Assembly (NCBI GenBank): GCA_965153455.1
Contig: OZ234493.1
Location: forward strand, 16,296,213-16,360,212
DNA: 64,000 bases
Direction of reading: 5' to 3'
Source: Sphagnum compactum
Taxonomy: Eukaryota
In this document: positions 51,381 to 64,000 of the stretch, piece by piece
Layout of the letters: each line of letters starts with the position of its first letter
Numbering within the stretch: position 1 is the stretch's first letter
The notes under the pieces: model-generated
What the model saw: the letters and a program-made list of their open reading frames with translations, nothing else
The model's database searches: none
What the model was told of the DNA's origin: nothing
Program-made: the position numbers and the translations under genes

Positions 51381-51509
51381 TGTAAAACTACATTTTGTCA
51401 TAAGGTTAATTTAGAATAATATTTAATTTAGGTATATAAAAAGACATAATTTTGGTACCCTGACCACTTTTGAAATGACATTACATGCGAGTATGACATT
51501 ACCTAGGCT

Positions 51510-52897
51510 TTTTCCACTCTTTTTGAAGAAGATATAGAATGCAATTGTATTACTTCACATATGTGTAAACCCTAAAATTTTCCCCCCAAATTTAGCCTAT
51601 TTTAGATTAATTACTATACATTTGTGAAAAACTTATTAATTAATTTATGTGTCTCAACCCTAAACCTAATGGTTAAGTTAGTAGGGTATGTAATTAATAG
51701 AGTAGCTAGGTTAGTAGGGTAGGTGGTTAGTACAATAGTTAGGTCAGTAGGATAACTAGTTATTAGGGTAGCTTTGTCAGTAGGGGATAATAAATAAGGT
51801 ACCAAGGTTGGTGCAATACTTATGAGGGTAGGAAAGTGAGCAGGGTAACTATTCAAAGTGACCCCAAATGCAGGTATTGCATTTAGGGTGGGATCTCCAT
51901 ATAAAGAACCCTAAACCCCACATGTGTACTTTCAGAGTGACCCTAAATGCAGGTATTGCATTTAGGGTAAGATTTTCATATAAAGAAAGCTTAAACCCTA
52001 CATGCGTCCTTTCAGAATGACCCAGAGTGCAGGTATTGCATTTAGGGTTGGGTTATTTCGAAGTGACTTTGCATATGCATATTGTGTTTAGGGCTAGGTC
52101 TTCACTTAAGGGTATCCATACCATTTAGATGGGTTTTTTTGAAACGTGGGTATTACATTTAGGTTTGTTTTTTCATTTCAACTTGAAATACCCAAACTTA
52201 TACTTACCTTTACCAACTAGAATTTTGGGGTTTCGTTGCAATACCTACACCCATACTTACTTTTACCAACTGGAATTTTGGGGCATAATTTCAATACTTG
52301 CACTTGTACTTACTTTTACCAAACCCTAACAAAAAAAAGTCTTAGTGATATATGCCCTAAACCTAAAAAATTATACAAGCTATACAATCATATAATGCAA
52401 AATAAAAAAATTTGAAAGAACATAGGAAAAAATTAAAAACCAAAATTCAAAGGTTTTAAACTATAAATATTTATTAACTGAAAGAAAATACGTTAATCTT
52501 TAAAAATAATCAAATAAATTTCATATAAAACCAAAAGTGAAGATATGTCTTTTATCTTTGTGTGATCTTTCCAACCTAATTTTTCCACTATTTTTTAAGA
52601 AGATATAAAATGCAATTGTATTACTTCACATATGTGTAAACCCTAAAATTTTCCCCCCAAATTTAGCCTATTTTAAATTAATTACTATACATTTGTGAAA
52701 AACTTATTAATTAATTTGTGTCTCAACCCTAAACATAATGGTTAAGTTAGTAGGGTATGTAATTAATAGAATAGCTAGGTTAGTAGGGTAGGTGGTTAGT
52801 ACAATAGCTAAGTCAGTAGGACAACTAGTTATTAGGGTAGCTATGTTAGTAGTTGGTGCAATACTTATGAGGGTAGGAAAATGAGCAGGGTAGCTAT
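51510..52897. repeat. ~330-bp internal direct duplication flanking ~80-bp hairpin-bearing repeats
   Basis: 51510-51852 matches 52581-52897. Between them lie 3 copies of GACCC.AAATGCAGGTATTGCATTTAGGGT (~51860, ~51940, ~52019). Confidence 0.85.
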
Positions 52898-53585
52898 GTG
52901 TGAGGTCAGGTCCAGGAAAAACGGCCAAGAACAAAAAAAGAAAAAAGAAAAAAAAAGTACAGTGGTCTGCAGCAAAAAGAAATCGACTGTGATGAGCCCC
53001 ATCCGGCGCCGAATGAAAAAACGCAACGCATCCAATGGACAGAACGGCCAACTGGTGCATTGGTGGCTGTTAATTCACTCTGGCCTAAGCCCGGTACCAG
53101 GGATTCCGTCCCGTCCTACTGCGACTATTGCTGCCGCAGAAAAAGCCGTTCCGTCCTACCCTCACTCTCACGATAACATGCTTCCAGTTCTACTGCGCCT
53201 CTGCATTCGCAGGAGCCTTCTCTCCTGTCAGTTCAGTAAGCTTTTCCGTGAAGCGGTCGCATTTGCAAGCAGTGGGATGCAACATTTGCGTCTTAATTAG
53301 ATCATTGCCTCCGTACCTGCCTCTAGTCGGTCTTGATCTTCTCAGGGTCTTGGGATTGAGCTGTAGCTGATCAGCATTGTTGTAGCTTATCGTCGATGTT
53401 ACTCCAACTCTGTTTCAACATTTTGGTAATGATTACGACTTGGTAGCTGCATTTCGGACAAAGTGGTTTCATCAGCTTTGTAAGTTACTTCAACGTCGAG
53501 TTTTTTACTTCTTTTTGTAGTCCGTTGTCCCTTCCGACAAGCTGAGAATTTGTTCTCTCTCACATATTTTATCGTATCGCAGACA

Positions 53586-55323
53586 ATGGTCGGATACGCG
53601 ATGGGCACTCTGGCCATGCAGGTGGCTATGCTACTGACAGTGCAGCAGGTGCATGGATGGAGCACCGCACATGCAACTTTCTACGGAGGCGGCGACGCCT
53701 CAGGCACCCAGGGTCAGGCTCAAATCATCCCCGCTGCTACTACCTGTTTCTTCAAATGCCGTTTAATCGCGGCCGTGCTTGAGCATAGAAGAGGCCATAT
53801 TCTCTTGAGAATGCAATTATGGTTTCGTAGAAAGGGCGATTCAGACCAGGAATTACTCGAGTTCTGAAGAGCTCTGGGGACATTCTGTACCGTTAATTGC
53901 AGAGAAAGAAAGGAGGATTCGGAAGCTTTTGTGTTTTTTGTGGGGTTTTTCCCCTCCCCGGAATGCGCGGATTTCTAACCAGGGAGCTGGAACGATCACC
54001 TGGGTTTGCAACAGGAGGTGCTTGTGGGTACGGGAACCTGTACACTTCTGGGTACGGGACCAACACGGTGGCCCTGAGCTCGGCCCTGTTCAATCAAGGG
54101 CTCTCGTGCGGCGCCTGCTACGAGGTAGCGTGTGCGGGTAGTGAATGGTGCTTGCCGGGCAAGTCCATTACGGTGACAGCAACCAATTTCTGTCCCCCCA
54201 ATCCCAGTCTCCCAAACGACAATGGCGGGTGGTGCAACTTGCCGCTCCAGCACTTCGACATGGCCATGCCCGCATACCAACAAATTGCGGTGTTCCAGGC
54301 TGGGATCGTGCCTGTGACTTACCAAAGGCATTGATCTCTCTCCCTTCATCTCCATATTCTTTGTTGTATAAGCTGGATACAAGGACGCCACCCTATTAGG
54401 GTCTCTTTCCATTAGGATGCTGTGATCATAGTAGTAGCCTAATTGAAGGCCACTGACATAGGGCCCTATTTCTTGCTACAGGGACACAATGTGCTGTGAT
54501 CACATGAGTAGCTTAATGGAAAGCCACTGCAATAGGGCCTTATTTCTTGCTACAGGGACAGTTGCTTTCCATTCGAGAGCTGCAAATGTGTTGAAAATGT
54601 GTAGATGTTAGCCACTCTGGGAACACATGTTCTCACATGCGAAAAAGGATAAATGTCATTTTATGATCAGTCACAGTTTGACTTCCAGTTCTCACACAAC
54701 TCCTGCAATCGGTCAATGCTTGACTGGTAGAATTGTGAGATGACTGTTAGCACAGCTAGCTAGAAAAGTAAAATGGAAAAGTTTCTGCGATCCAAGAATC
54801 TGTGATCTCAGCAGCCTAATGGAAAGATGTCCTTCCTATGTGGTAATGCCAAATTGCAAACTGCACTACACTTTGTCAAAGGTCCTTACGACTAGAATGC
54901 TTTCCACTCGGTTGCAGCTGAGTCCTCTGAAATATTGAATCAAGAACTTCTCAAAGATCTCCAGGGGCTTGTTCTGCCACAAGCATTAACATCTACTAAT
55001 GATTTTATTGTTGCAGGGTTTCATGCATCAAGTCTGGGGGCATTCACTTCACCATCAATGGACATGCCTACTTCAACTTAGTGCTCATCACAAATGTAGG
55101 AGGAGCTGGAGATGTGCAAACTGTGTCCATCAAGGGCTCCAACACAGGATGGCAAGCCATGACAAGGAACTGGGGTCAGAACTGGCAGAACAATGCCAAC
55201 TTGGATGCTCAGAGCTTGTCCTTCACGGTCACCACTGGTAATGGCCAAACTCTCACATCGATGAATGTGGCACCTGCCTACTGGTCCTTTGGACAAACAT
55301 ATGAGGGCTCTCAGTTTTCATGA
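53586..55323 (+). CDS. EXPA: Alpha-expansin (EXPA family), 3 coding exons
   Basis: Exons 53586-53712, 54015-54327 and 55017-55323. Signal peptide, then [76 protein letters not shown]. Intron 2 needs a GC donor. A probable 5'UTR intron acceptor TCGCAG lies 3 nt before the ATG. Confidence 0.94.
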
Positions 55324-56099
55324 CCAAATCCATCCTTGCCGAACAAAGCTTGAAATCTCTACATGGCACTAGAGTAGAATTGCAACTGGTGCAGAGGTCA
55401 ACTTCATAATGCATTCAGTGCAGCAGGGTAAGAGATTTCACCTGCTGATTTGAACAATTTATTATAACAGATTTGGACAGCCCATTTGATCTTATGTATA
55501 AAGATTGGAGGAGAAGATTCAAAGGAACTGTGAGCCGCTGGAGTAATTTTTTCAGCTTGAGAATGAGCAGCCAGAAACTAGTACTGAAATTACTGTGCAG
55601 CAGATGTTGGGAAAATCAGATTGAAAGAGAGGACTGGGGGGAAACTGGGATTTGATGTAATTTTGATGCTGGATTTGTTGTTTCACCATGGCTGCTGAGC
55701 TGTTGGCATTTGTTCACCCACAGCTAACAAGGTAGACTTGGGGAGCTGTTTAGGTGGAGCTCCAATGCAGGAGAATGCCTCATTTTCAGTTGCTTCTGGT
55801 ATGGACAGGGTATTGTGTTGAGAGACAGCAACATGGCTAATCTTGTTCACAATTAAAAGTGCATACTACACACACATTGTAAAGTGCAAATACCTTTTTT
55901 GCAAAGCACATCATATTAAGTTCTAGCAAACACAAGCATTTGTGGGGGGAATTGAACCCCTGGAACTGGCCATTCCAACACAAGTGACCTACAAACTCAC
56001 AAGTTAGTACTCAATTACAACAAGTAGAAAGATAAACCTATGGCATTACACTGTGAGAAGAGGGTAGAAATTGTCAACACCATGGAAAGAAAGTTATGT

Positions 56100-58440
56100 G
56101 TCTCATAAAACAACCATTCAATTTTGCAACAATATAAATCTACCTTTGTAGAAACTAGCCCAGCAAATTCAGAAGGCAATTGCCTAACCATCATAACAAT
56201 ATCAATGGCAAGCTCCTTGCCATTATTCAATACACTTGCATATGGGAAATTTTGCAAAGTACATTGTGCAAACATGCACACAACAAGTGGTAGGTGGGTA
56301 GTGAGCCTATCCCAAAGCTTTGACTCCATAAAAGCCAAAGTAAAAAAACATTTCTCATTCTCCACGCTACTAACTATTTGCACCATGGTCAATTTAGCCA
56401 ATTTCACATACTCTAGGAAATTAAAGGAGAATATTTGCAATGTTGTTACCAGGCACCACATTTTGGTTAAAGGATTCAAGTCAAAAGGAGGTGCCATACA
56501 CGCTGTTGCATTTTATTTCATTGTGAGCTTGAACATGCCTTGTTGGCAATAAAGGTCATTAACATTGAGTAATTCACCCACCATCATATTTTGGTCATCC
56601 ACTTTGTGGGTTTTGCCCAAGCGGAAAGCTGATTTAATAATTTGAAGGTGTTTGAGAAATGTTGCATCACATTTCGGATCCATCCAAAACTAGGGATACA
56701 CAATCCTAAGAACATCCATGACACCATGGGCTAGTAACCTAATTTCAAGCTCTCAAATCAAAGCTTCTCTAGCCCCCTATCAAAACAAATTGAACCACGG
56801 ACTTACTACCTACATGAAGGTGAAAAAAACAAATCAAAGAATCGGGGGAAAAAATTGGGGGCAAAGGGCTAAAAGGTAGAAAGTTGCAAGGCTTACCCTT
56901 GCATTGGTTCTTCACCAATGATTCAACAACACCACAGTCATCTTTTGTTACCATAGAAAACACCATGGTCTCCAAGTCCCAATGAATTGCCCAAATGTGC
57001 TAACCATTCAATTCAAAGGCCAAATGTGGAATTTCATATTTCACATCAACTATCCAACACATGTGGATATTTTCATGCTCCAACTCCAATAATAATTTGA
57101 AAGTCCAAAAATTATCATAAGTGAACTTGGAAGTCTGATCACAATACATGCTATAAACATGACCTTGACAAACATATTAAGTTGCAACCAAATCACACAC
57201 AAACACATCTCTGGATTGTGCAAATTTAATTAGAACATGCATTAATTCCAATAAGGACAAATGCAAGCAAGTCCAAGCAAAATATGGAGGTCACAAAGAT
57301 GTTCATAATTCAACATAACTTGCTGGTTTGTAGGGTTGTTCAAGGTCATCTTCACAAATAGAGTTCTATATTTGGCCATAACTTTCTTGGCAGGGCTTAA
57401 CATCAAAACTCACCTTGTTTTCACATTTTGGAAAATTTTGTTCCCCTTTGTTGCCATGACTTTCAAAATCTTGATGAACTCCAAATGTTTTTTAGGTGAA
57501 TGGGCAAAATAAAAGTACAAACATTGTAGCAAACTCTCAATCCACACCACCAAAGGCAATTTCGACAATGTTTGGATAGCCAAATTAGTGCGATGGGCCA
57601 TATAATGGACCTTAATATAATAAGGGGCATAGGTGTCATGAATTTGTTTTGTAACAACATTTTTTGTGCTTTGAAAGACATTAACACCATCTACCCCAAA
57701 GCAAATGAGCTTTTGGGCAATCTAATCTCTTAACAACCCCCCACCAATTGTCAACGCCTCCATAATGACCTTAGTTAGGTATCACTACTTGAACCTTTAA
57801 ACACTTTATCCAAAGCTATGAAAATTAAAATCCTTGCCCAATTTTGCACCACATAACAATGAACAGATAACCAAGATTGGTTGTCAACTATAGACACTTC
57901 ATCACAACTCAAAACAACACATTGAACATCCCCCATTGTTGCCCTAGTTGCCTGCATCACATCTTGATGCATGAATTTTGCCATTGTCCAACCAGAATTG
58001 TCACTGCTTGAGTGTTTTTTGCTATTTTTTGGTGCTACCAAGAATTCATATAATGGCCTAATTGTTTCATATTTTTGCATGGGACAACCTTGTTGTAGCA
58101 AATGTAGGACTATGACGAATTTGACAACCTTTTTTCGATTTTTTCTTACCATTCCATTTGCAAGTTGGGTAATAACACTTCCATGGTTACAAGAAGCAAA
58201 CAATTTATGAATTTTAGCATGCTTGCAATCGTTAGAATGATACCAATCCCCCTTCTTCACATTAGTTCCAATGTTCCTATTAACTTTCCTTCGACATGTG
58301 TGCTTACATAATGAATCCCACTTAGCAACAAGTACAAGTTATCCTTCCCTCCATTGACAATGTGCAAGTTGCCATTTGAGCCTAAACAAAACTCTACCTA
58401 TGGTAGTTTTATAGCCCAAGAATCTTGAAATCTTTAAATT
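56100..58440 (-). pseudogene. Decayed hAT-superfamily (ZNF862-like) transposase
   Basis: Fragments FQDSWAIKLP, LHLLQQGCPM..YE, LSCDEVSIVDNQSWLSVHCYVV, HRTNLAIQTLS, YFAHSPKKHLEF, NVKTR, and a C-terminal dimerisation-like EYVKLAKLTMVQIVSSVENEKCFFTLAFMESKL..RLTTHL. Many stops and frameshifts. Confidence 0.7.
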
Positions 58441-58739
58441 CATCATAGTTTTTTTAATGGATTATAAGCTTAGATGGGACAATGGGTAGATCTATTTCAA
58501 GATGGAGGTCAATTCATCCAAAGATATAACACCATCATCATGATCTACATTTGAAAGATCATAATTGCATGGCAAAAATAGACGAGGGGATGACCTTTGA
58601 AGACCATGAGAAAAAGAAGCACCATAAGGATAAAAAATTAGAAAAAGCCCACCCATAACAAGGTTCCAACTAAAGAAGAAATACTTGAATTTAAATGATT
58701 GTGGAAGTTCTAGAGGCATTGCGGAAACCCAACAAACTT

Positions 58740-59720
58740 TGGAATTTCATACTCAAGTGGCAAATAGATTGTTAGAAACACAGTAGATGGGAAAATCCAA
58801 TTTGTAAACCCTAAACTTTAAATGGAAACCTGACAAACTCTGGATTGTCAGATTCAAATGGCAAATGCATTCTTGGAAAGAAAATGATATGAGAACTCTT
58901 GAATTGGCAAACCCTAAACTTGGAATGGAAATAAGATGATACTCTCGAAAACAAGATATATCTACAAACACCAAATTGCAACCCCTAAGTATCAAAGCTT
59001 CCCATTTGAGAGCCTTGTAGACTATGGAATGAAAAATTCAAGTGGTATATAGATTGTTGGGAACAAGATAAATATGAAAGCTCCAATTTGCAAGCCTTAA
59101 ACCTAGAATGGAAATCTAACAACTTTGGAATGGTAAACTCAAACTAGAAATGTGTTGTTGGAAAAAAAACTAATATGACACTTTAATTTATAAACCTTAA
59201 AACAATGTTGGAAACCTTTTAGACTTTGGAATGACACACTCAAGTTGCAAATATATAGCTACAACAAGACATATATGAAACTCCAAGACTGAAAACCCTA
59301 AATTTCCAATGGAGCTTGCAAATTATGGGATGGTAAATTGAAGTTGTAGATGGACTGCTAGAAACAAAATAGACATAAAACTCCAATTTACAAACCCTAA
59401 ATTTGGAATGGAAACGACAACTGTGGAATCGCAAACTCAAGATGGAAATGCATTTTTGGAAACAAGGCAAATATGATATTTGAATTTGTGGACCCTAAAA
59501 TAATGTTGGAAACCTTCCAGACTTTGGAATGATAGGCTCAACTTGCAAATGCATAACTAAAATAACATAGATTTGAAACTCTAAGATTGCAAACCTTAAA
59601 TTCCAATGGGAACCTTGTAAACTATGGGATAACAGACTAAAATTATAGATGAACTACCAAAAAAAAAACAAACATGAAACTCTAATTTGTAAACCATGAC
59701 TCTTTAATGGGAACCTGAAC
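58740..59720. repeat. Degenerate ~100-bp satellite-like array
   Basis: Recurrent CTCAAGT.GCAAAT...AAACTCCAATTTG.AAACCCTAAA..T.GAATGGAAAC motifs, ~9-10 diverged units upstream of the hAT remnant. Confidence 0.6.
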
Positions 59721-60163
59721 CAAAATGACATCATTGAACAAACTTCATGGGTCACAATTTGGTAATAATAATCATGCGAAATCTACTTTTCATAGGTTCA
59801 TATTGAATGGACACCAATGTCATTCATCTATTTGTATTGTTTGAACATTGATGTCATGTGCATTGTTTCAACATGAATGCCATATGCCTATTCATATTGT
59901 TTACACACTAATGTTGTATGACTATTCATGTTGTTTACACATGAAAGTTGTGCACACGACTTCCATGTTTAAATAATGCACAACATTCATGTTTAAACAA
60001 TATGAACCCCTGAAATAATAGATTTCACATGGATTTGGAACGAACCCATGAAGCCTATAAATTTGTGATGATAGTTAACTGAGTTGCAACTGCACTTGTG
60101 GAAACAAAAGAAATTTGGAACATCTTTCAAACAAAAACCCAAGAAACTTACAACAAGGAAAAA

Positions 60164-60983
60164 TGTCGCAACCCCACTTTGTCCAAGTGTGGGGGTGAAG
60201 CCCAACACTTGGAAAAGTTGGAGGTTTGGAGTCCTCTGGGACTCCCGAATGTTCAGAGCTCGACAGCAAGGGGCAAAACACCTCGCATTGGGGTGTTCTT
60301 GGTGTCATTGGAAAGGTCTTGAAACGTAGATATCGAAAATGGCCTCGCATTGGCCATTTGGACATCTGCAGCCCAAGTTATGGGCAAAAGAAGGGCCGGG
60401 AGTCAAACTGGCAGTTTGACTCCCGACCACTAAAAGTCGGGAATCGACCCTTTCCCGACGTCGTCTCAGGGAGTGCGACATGGCGTTGGAAAGATCTCGA
60501 CGAGGGCTACAACTTTGGTTTAGACCTCGTCGCGATCGGACTTTGGAATCGGGAGTTATGACCGTTCAAAGTCCCGAGAGTCCCGCCGGGACAGTTTCGG
60601 GACTCCATTTCGGGAGTCCCAACAAAATGTGCCATTTGGATGTAGCCTCCGTGGTGAGCTGCAGAGATAACTATAAGGGGGAAGGTGGTGGCTTCCCCCA
60701 AGTCCGGGCCGTGGTGAGTCAAGTAGTCCAAAGTGCCCGTGGCTTGTCCCAACACCCAAGGGTGTTTCCGAATGTGAGCTAACCCATTTGTGGTTGGTTT
60801 TGGATGCAGATTCGTGCTTGATCTACTAGTCCATCTTCCTAGTCTAATCCCGGGGCTTCCAACTCGACCCTCTACCCCTTTCTAGAATTGGAAGTCGGGA
60901 GCGTGCCCTTCGGTCCCCACTTTCCGCAACTTCACATTGGTGAACCCTCAAGTGGGTTCACCTCGGGACCAAGGAGCGCGTCA
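60164..60983 (+). mobile_element. Solo-LTR-like insertion (820 bp, TG...CA)
   Basis: GC-rich block starting TGTCGCAACCCCACTTTG and ending GGAGCGCGTCA in AT-rich flanks. Internal GGGAGTCAAAC..GTTTGACTCCC and CGGGACTCC..GGGAGTCCC hairpins. GGAAAAA is repeated at both junctions. Confidence 0.75.
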
Positions 60984-63900
60984 CGGAAAAATGTTAAGAT
61001 GGGATACAAAAATTTAACCCTTTGAGTAGAAGTACCCCTTGAACAAATCCTCCTTTAGCTCCCCTATGGTGGTTGTCTTGCAATGTGCTTCAGCAATTGT
61101 GAATCTCATGAACCCTTAATGAGCTAATCCAAAATCGAACATATGGTGTTATGGATGCCCTTAGGATTTTGTCCACACAACCTCCAAAAACATTCTTAAG
61201 CTTTAATTGATTAAACACAATCAAACCCATTGTTTGATAAACCGCTACAACATTTGTACAATCCTTAATTAATAATAACTAAAATAGTTGCACACAAAAA
61301 TCTTTTAAAAAATTACATTGCAAGCTATTAAAGCGAAGGAACTAAATATTTCCCTTTTGCTTGTAGGAGGTTTGTTAGTTAGAACTTGAATGTGAACATC
61401 GTTTCTTGACTCACAAGCACAATGATCCAATGCCCATTGTTGAAGCACAAATTCCCAAACACAAAGATTTGATGCTTAGTGTTGAAGCATGCCCAATGCA
61501 TAGTGCACACCCTCAAGTAACATTGAAAAGAAATGTTTGTGACTATAAATGGCTCTCTACAACTATGGCGATGGTTTGTCACAAGATAGAATCAACTAGC
61601 AATGGTGTATCACGATAGTTATTGACTAGCAAAAAAAGCAAACAGAATAGAACAAAAGTTTTAGCAAACAAATGCAAATGTTACACAAAACTTTGGCAAC
61701 AACAATTTAGGGTTTGGAACATATTGATTATGTTGATTGTTGACATGTCATTGTTTGGCAACAGGGTAGATGTAAGTTATGGTGATTCACTTTTATGACG
61801 AAACGGTGTTTTTTCCCTAGGTGCCTATATTCAAATGCATATGGTGATTAATATATCCTTAAATCTAATAATTGGGATTCGGATCTAAACTAATAACTTC
61901 ATTATGAATCATTATGAAGAGAACTGAGTGGTTATTTATTAATAAAAAAATTATTTGTTAGTAATAATAGACTTTTGAAAAAAAATATGGATCGATCTTC
62001 TGATTGGAACATCACAAAATAATTTATTTAATATTGAATCACATTTCAAATTTGTTATTGGGACTCAATATATAATGTAATACAAGATGATAAATTCATA
62101 TGAAGAATTTGTTTTTTGAAAACCTTAACCATTTAATAGTTAGGGACTTTTGAATGGTTAAAACTTGACCATATTTTCATAAATCCATATGAGTTTCAAT
62201 TTTTGTTTGTTTTTCAATTTCATTGTCCCAAAGGGTGTGATCACAATCAAACAAGCCAACATGATTACTTTGCAAAAGGATTGTGACCCTTTTTCTAATC
62301 CTCATGACTTTTGCATATTAAAGAATTTTTAAATGAAATCTTTTATAACTTCTTACTAAAAATACTTATAGTTTACATATTTTATGTTAATCTTTTTCAA
62401 ATAACTATGATTTTGTTAAAAGTCTAAAACTTTTGCTAGATTCTACACTTTTTTTAAAAAAATTATCATAATTTCAATTATTTCCAAAATATGTTAAAGT
62501 CTTTGGGTTTTAGTTTTTTTTATCATAAGTTATAACTTTGTTTTGTATGTCATGTGTATTACACACCATTTGCATGTTGTAAAGGACCCTTGAATTTTTA
62601 AAATTATAAAAACATACATTGAATTTTAGAAAAATTCAAATTCCATAAATTATTAATTATGAGTGCTTTTTGAGTGTGGGTAATATTTTATTATCATGTA
62701 AATTTTTTACTATGAAAAATTATTTATTAAGAAAGTCCTTGGCATAATCTTTTGTAAAATGTATTGCTTTTGATTCAAGTTCAAAATTCTTTTTATTAAA
62801 TTGAAACCCAAAAATAAACTAAATGAATTTTTCATTTGAATTCCTAAACATTCATATTACTCATTTAGCACAACTTCCTATGTTTAACATGACATTAAAG
62901 TGACACCACATAAATATTTATAATAATTTATTTTTTTCTGTTGCCTAATGTGTTTTTTGCATCGTTTGACTATGATTGCACCCCAATAACATATTTTTTG
63001 AAAGTTCTAGATGGGGGGCATTATTCCTTTGGACTTTGTGGGCTCTCCTTTTAAGACTTCCAAATCAAAAAAATGACATTAGCTACATTAAATACAAGTT
63101 TTCACATAGATTTGGAAAGGTTTGTAAATGATTGAACATGTATTATTCAAAGATTAAAATAATATTTTTTTAAAAATAACAACCATGTTCATTTGAATCA
63201 TTTTAAAGAATCTTGTATGGACTTGTAAGGAGTATTTTTTTACCGTTATTGAACCATTGTATCATGCATTCACTTGACATCAACAGCTTCCCTTCTTGTA
63301 GTTTGATGACACCTTAAAAAGATTTAAAGTTTTAAAGGGCAAATCTAGGTTGATGGTCTGTTGAAATATAACCGTTCCTAATCATTACTTTACGTTTTTA
63401 GGCAATTTTAATTGGAAACCGTTTTCTTTTCCTTTGCAATTGTAGCCAAGGTTTGTTAAAGGTAAAAATTTGGTGATTTTTTACTAGAATTTTTTTTTTG
63501 ATTATACCAAAAACATAGTTGGGGCACATGTTATGGGAGATCTTAACATGACAAAATTAAACAAAAAAAAATTTTACATTCTTGTAAGATTGGATATTAT
63601 TTTATGATAAATTTTTATATATTGCACAATATTGGTTTGAACTTTAATCTACATTGGCATGCCCATTTGTGTCTTCTTGTACATCTAATGTGTTGCGTTT
63701 TGAAAATACCACCACCCCTAGATTCTAAATGTTTATTTATTTTATTAGAATTTGGTTGATTATTTTATCCTCCATGGTTGTTGTCATATAAATGGCTTTT
63801 GTGGATTCTAATTGCCATGGTGTTTTGAAACTTTCATTTTTTTGGTTTCCCCATATCAAATTTAATCATCTAACTTTTAGATCTTATGGTTGAAATGAGT

Positions 63901-64000
63901 GTACGGTTTAATGAAACACGAAATAACTAAAATTGGGTTTTTATTTTTTCAATTAGGAAACAATTTTTTCAAAAAACATCATAAACTTACTAGGCTTCAT

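Larger units (their letters stand above)
49590..53085. mobile_element. Non-autonomous Mutator-like (MULE) element, 3496 bp, 9-bp TSD
   Basis: TIRs GGCTGGAGTGAACCAACAGCCACCAATGCACCAGTTG and CAACTGGTGCATTGGTGGCTGTTAATTCACTCTGGCC. Perfect TSD TAAGCCCGG at 49581-49589 and 53086-53094. No transposase ORF inside. Confidence 0.88.

Noticed and set aside
55940-56000. tRNA gene (GGTTCAATTCC T-loop on minus strand)
   Set aside because: Only a T-arm/B-box-like hairpin, with no acceptor, D or anticodon stems; at most a SINE-like relic.
60075-60782. Several overlapping ORFs of 67-111 aa
   Set aside because: They lie within the GC-rich LTR-like repeat and show no protein motifs.

Overview
Eukaryotic (land-plant) genomic DNA, AT-rich with spliceosomal introns. 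The repeat landscape and Tcn1-like chromovirus suggest a moss such as Sphagnum (inference, not verifiable here). Contents in order: (1) a young, apparently intact Ty3/Gypsy chromovirus (2635-8083, CCTGG TSD). It has no tRNA PBS but a Tf1-type self-priming signature, a -1 gag/pol frameshift cassette with an H-type pseudoknot, and asymmetric LTRs. (2) A multi-exon molybdenum cofactor sulfurase (ABA3/LOS5-like) pseudogene that still shows a U12-type intron. (3) An alpha-expansin on the minus strand. (4) About 18 kb of repeat-rich intergenic DNA. (5) A 9-exon organellar-type seryl-tRNA synthetase. (6) Two adjacent non-autonomous Mutator-like TIR elements, the younger with a perfect 9-bp TSD that cuts through a TATA-like box. 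(7) A second alpha-expansin on the plus strand, with a GC-AG intron. (8) A decayed hAT-type transposase with a satellite-like tract and a solo-LTR-like insertion. No CRISPR, rRNA or intact tRNA gene was seen. I found no evidence for an entirely new multi-gene system; the most interesting signals are RNA-level mechanisms in the retroelement and transposon-promoter interplay.
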